Below, piece by piece: positions 17,224 through 20,000 of a stretch of 20,000 nucleotides of DNA. The number at the start of each line of letters is the position of its first letter. Within the stretch, counting starts at the first letter, position 1. This stretch comes from Candidatus Baldrarchaeum yapensis (lineage in GTDB: Archaea; Asgardarchaeota; Baldrarchaeia; Baldrarchaeales; Baldrarchaeaceae), in the NCBI GenBank assembly GCA_016840465.1, contig JAEOSH010000001.1:89263-109262 (forward strand), read 5' to 3'. Under the pieces are notes generated by a model. That model was not told the DNA's origin and did not search any database. It was given only the letters and a program-made list of their open reading frames with translations. The translations under genes were made by a program, and so were the position numbers.

Positions 17224-17856
17224 GGGGACATCACCACCGTCTTTTCATACGCGATACGTGCGGCCTTTGCATTAAGTTCTGCAAGTTCTCCCTCCCATTC
17301 CTTTAATATTACGGATAGCACTGATTCTATCCTGACTATCCCGGTGGCCTTGGAAAAGGCGCCCAGCATTGGTGTAATCCCCGGGTGAGGAAAACCCTCA
17401 CCCTTTGAGGACAGGAATCCCAGCAACCTTCAATCCTAGATCCAAAGCTATTTTTGTGGCGTCTACTGTCGCTATCTTGTACTTTGGGGGAATTCCCATC
17501 TCTAAAAGTTCCTCTGGTTGTTTTGATATGTTAACTACCAGCATTCCCCCATTCCTCAAGCCTTCTAACACGTTTACCATACCGAGTAATGAGGGGTCCA
17601 GTACGACAACTACATCTGGGTTGTAAATTTGGCTACGTAGGTGGATTTTTTTGGAAGATATCCGTGTAAAGGCAGTTACTGGTGCACCTCTCCGCTCCGC
17701 TCCAAAGAACGGAAATGCCTGTACATCCTTATATCCATCGATATATGCGGCCTTTGCGAGAAGTTCTGCTGCTGTTACAGCGCCCTGACCTCCTCTTCCA
17801 TGCCAGCGGACCTCTATAATCTCCACATTTGAGTTCATAAACTTATCACCTAGCAC
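17220..17856 (-). CDS. porG: Pyruvate/2-oxoacid:ferredoxin oxidoreductase gamma subunit, interrupted; proposed join complement(17220..17376,17405..17856)
   Basis: Exon 1 has VRWHGRGGQGAVTAAELLAKAA...FGAERRGAPVTAFTRI...GLKVAGIPVL. Exon 2 has TPMLGAFSKATGIVRIESV. The two lie in different frames, separated by 28 nt. The joined length is 609 nt = 203 codons. Confidence 0.87.
17377..17404 (-). other. 28-nt BHB (archaeal splicing endonuclease-type) intron in porG
   Basis: Minus strand: TGT-CCTC-AAA-GGGTGAGG-GTTTT-CCTCACCC-GGGG-ATT-ACA. Outer helix TGT/ACA, central CCTC/GGGG, bulges AAA and ATT, inner 8-bp helix. Cutting AA^A and AT^T gives GTC CTC AAT ACA CCA = VLNTP. Confidence 0.85.
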
Positions 17857-18174
17857 TCTTCCTTCATTCCCCTATTGGTTGACGTTATTAATTAGTTCAC
17901 CCGATAAGGAATAAATGTTTAGAGGACGAGAAAGGCAATAGTTTTAAACCACTCAAGAGCGGTTGCTGTATAGTTTTCGTCCTTAATAATCAGATTGCTA
18001 ACCTCACTTTATAAGAGAACGAGTAAGAGAGGATATTGAGAATTTGAAAAACGTACATGTTTGGAATCATAACACTCAATCTGATGATATTTAAATGTAG
18101 AGACGTTCTTAATGTTGAATGTGTCATGATCGAATTTCGCCTCAGAACAATATTGACGTTTAGTGGTGGTAAAT

Positions 18175-18351
18175 ATGAGCAAGAGCAAGAAGAGGAGAAG
18201 AAGAGAGGCACCCATGCCTCTAAGTAGTGCTGGTCTTATTAGATTCTTTGAAGAAGAGAGTAGAGGTATAAAAATAGGACCTGTGGCAGTTGTACTTCTT
18301 GCCATAATCCTAATATTGTCAGTAGGCGTGGCATGGGCGGTTTTTGGATGA
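18175..18351 (+). CDS. Preprotein translocase subunit Sec61-beta (SecG-like)
   Basis: 58 aa: basic N-terminus MSKSKKRRRREAPMPLSSAGLIRFFEEESRGIKIGPVAVV, then a single transmembrane helix. The track start (18163) adds 4 aa upstream. Confidence 0.9.
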   Translation: MSKSKKRRRREAPMPLSSAGLIRFFEEESRGIKIGPVAVVLLAIILILSVGVAWAVFG

Positions 18352-18362
18352 ATTTAACTTCA

Positions 18363-18938
18363 TTACTCGTTTTTTGGATGATATTTTTCTTCTCTCACTT
18401 TTTCGCGATCTTCATGTTCAATTCTACTAATTCCATACGGGTCTTCTACTATAACGGTAAATTTCATCTCACCGCGTTTGGCCTTTTCCAGCGTTTGAAG
18501 GTACTCTTGATATTTTTTCCTCTCTTCCTCGCTTTCTACACCAAATAATAATGCCATAATCGCTCTTTTGACTCTTTCCAGAATTCCTTCAACATTTGTT
18601 ATGAAGGAGTTGGAAGATGGCCCCGGTTTTATTAAGATGCTCAACTCAGGTATTTTTATTGTGCCTGTGGGCGATTTTACTATCTTTGCATAGATATCCT
18701 TGGGATTTTCCACGGCTAGGACGTATCTAATCGGGCCCTTTGATGATAAAGGCCATGAGGTTGAGCTTTTGTATCCACAACTTTCGCATTTCATAGATAA
18801 AAGTATGCATCTTCCGAAACTCGGTATTTCTGTTTCACTCCACCTGAGTTCTAATGAGTTTTTACCGCATACTGGGCAAACATCCTTTGCAACGAAAATT
18901 TCCGGTTCTTTACTATCACGCCCCAAAATTACCACCAC
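18363..18938 (-). CDS. ZPR1-type zinc finger protein
   Basis: CPVCGKNSLELRWSETEIPSFGRCILLSMKCESCGYKSS...EGILERVKRAI matches archaeal ZPR1-domain proteins. Confidence 0.87.
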   Translation of the reverse strand: MVVILGRDSKEPEIFVAKDVCPVCGKNSLELRWSETEIPSFGRCILLSMKCESCGYKSSTSWPLSSKGPIRYVLAVENPKDIYAKIVKSPTGTIKIPELSILIKPGPSSNSFITNVEGILERVKRAIMALLFGVESEEERKKYQEYLQTLEKAKRGEMKFTVIVEDPYGISRIEHEDREKVREEKYHPKNE

Positions 18939-19034
18939 TTGAGTGCCTTAATACCCAACAACTAATAATAAGTTATATTATCGTGATAGCGAGGGTGAGT
19001 ACATGTTAGTTTCAATATGGTATGGTGAGCGGAC

Positions 19035-19328
19035 ATGGATCTAACGAAATTTCAGGAACTCATGCGAAAACTATACTTTGATAAGGATAAAAAGAGAGGA
19101 GTTTTCAAGACGTTTGCATGGCTTGTTCAAGAGGTGGGAGAACTAGGTAGAGCACTTTTGAATGGAAACAGGGATGCGATAATGGAGGAGATGGGAGATG
19201 TTCTTGCATGGTTGTCAAGCTTAGCTAATATTTTAGATATAGATTTGTCGGAAGCCGCTCAGAGGAAATATCCAGGTGTTTGTCCCAAATGCGGGTGCAA
19301 GCCCTGCCGATGTCCCGAAAACGTGTAA
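19035..19328 (+). CDS. MazG-like nucleotide pyrophosphohydrolase
   Basis: FKTFAWLVQEVGELGRALLNG...EEMGDVLAWLSSLANILDIDL (EExxE/ExxD-type motif), with a C-terminal CPKCGCKPCRCP zinc-binding-like tail. Confidence 0.85.
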   Translation: MDLTKFQELMRKLYFDKDKKRGVFKTFAWLVQEVGELGRALLNGNRDAIMEEMGDVLAWLSSLANILDIDLSEAAQRKYPGVCPKCGCKPCRCPENV

Positions 19329-19520
19329 GCGGTTAAGATGCAAATTTTTAACAAACTTTGTAACATATGACCAATTACACGGTTCTTAGCGATTCCTTTT
19401 ATTCATTGGCAATGTTGTCGTAATATTGCCCAATAATAATCTTATAAAATATTAGCATCTTTTTGGGAAGCTTTATGGGTCAAAATCGTTGCCAAAAGAC
19501 GTATTTTACCAAGATATAAT

Positions 19521-19553
19521 CCCATATCCTCCTATGGGAAAAGTTTTTATTTT
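19521..19553. terminator. Hairpin followed by T-rich stretch in an intergenic region
   Basis: CCCATA TCCTCC TATGGG inverted repeat, then AAAAGTTTTTATTTTC. Confidence 0.3.
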
Positions 19554-19679
19554 CATGCTAGTCTCCAAACAAAATAAGTTTGTATTCGAGGCAATGTTTA
19601 CATCGTTCGAGAGATGGGGAATTTTATAGTTGTATAATAATTTAGTCATTACAATTGCAAAGTAGAGGTGATAAGGAAT

Positions 19680-20000
19680 ATGACGAACTTTGATCCTCTC
19701 TATGTAATTATGGGAGCAGTCATAGTAGCGCTTCTCGGTGTGCTTTCGTTAAAAACGAAAGCGGTTGATAAGAGCGGATTCCTAGCAGGTTTTTTTGTGG
19801 GGTTTTCAATTTGGATTTTTCTAGGATGGCAATTTTTCATAGTAATATTAATGTTCCATACTATAGCCGCCGTCTTTACACACTTTAAGTACGACATCAA
19901 AAGAAGGCGAGGAGTTGCGGAAGAGAAGGGTGGAGCAAGAGCTTGGTACAATGTGCTTGCGAATGGCGGACTTCCTGCAATTTTGGCAATATTCGAAGGA
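19680..20000 (+). CDS. DUF92-like (TMEM19-related) integral membrane protein, truncated by window end
   Basis: ATG at 19680 is open to 20000: MTNFDPLYVIMGAVIVALLGVLSLKTKAVDKSGFLAGFFVGFSIWIFLGWQFFIVILMFHTIAAVFTHFKYDIKRRRGVAEEKGGARAWYNVLANGGLPAILAIFEG. Confidence 0.8.
   Translation, partial: MTNFDPLYVIMGAVIVALLGVLSLKTKAVDKSGFLAGFFVGFSIWIFLGWQFFIVILMFHTIAAVFTHFKYDIKRRRGVAEEKGGARAWYNVLANGGLPAILAIFEG

Noticed and set aside
17377-17404. Simple frameshift sequencing error in porG
   Set aside because: The interruption is a 28-nt insertion with a full BHB fold whose excision restores consensus residues, not a 1-2 nt homopolymer error.
17220-17426. Stand-alone 68-aa minus-strand protein MLGFLSSKGEGFPHPGITPMLGAF...
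   Set aside because: It is the second exon of porG read through intron sequence; the N-terminal 17 or so residues are artefactual.
1-20000. CRISPR arrays, transposons, toxin-antitoxin or defence islands
   Set aside because: I saw no regularly spaced repeats, terminal inverted repeats or transposase or Cas motifs; the window is housekeeping in character.

Overview
Chromosomal window from an archaeon, probably a thermophilic TACK-type lineage (inferred). It is densely packed with housekeeping genes. Minus-strand block 1: DHH/RecJ-like nuclease, PolB, GNAT acetyltransferase, pelota, radical SAM, nucleotidyltransferase, CutA. Plus-strand genes: M50 site-2 protease, DUF1512-like protein, small zinc-ribbon membrane protein, UPF0173-like hydrolase, phosphopantetheine adenylyltransferase, Trm5-like methyltransferase, Toprim protein, DnaG, family 2 glycosyltransferase. 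Minus-strand block 2: porG-porD-porA-porB. Further downstream: Sec61-beta, ZPR1-like protein, MazG-like protein, DUF92-like membrane protein. Three RNA-level features stand out. (1) The 5S rRNA gene at 8368-8527 is circularly permuted. Its 3' portion precedes its 5' portion, the native ends are fused by an ACAT tetraloop, and the new ends lie in a 12-bp stem joined to a textbook 4-bp bulge-helix-bulge (BHB). Predicted cleavage and ligation restores the canonical CACGGAAGUUAAGCC and predicts a 129-nt circular 5S rRNA. (2) porG is split into two frames by a 28-nt element (17377-17404) with a full hBHBh' motif. Its predicted removal restores GIPVLNTPMLGA and one continuous 202-aa ORF, so this looks like an archaeal BHB intron in a protein-coding gene. 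(3) A GC-rich non-coding locus at 11386-11602 folds into two tandem H/ACA guide modules. Each has a 7-bp lower stem followed directly by ACA and a 16-nt spacing from pocket to ACA, and each is clamped by an unusual extra 10- or 12-bp outer helix.
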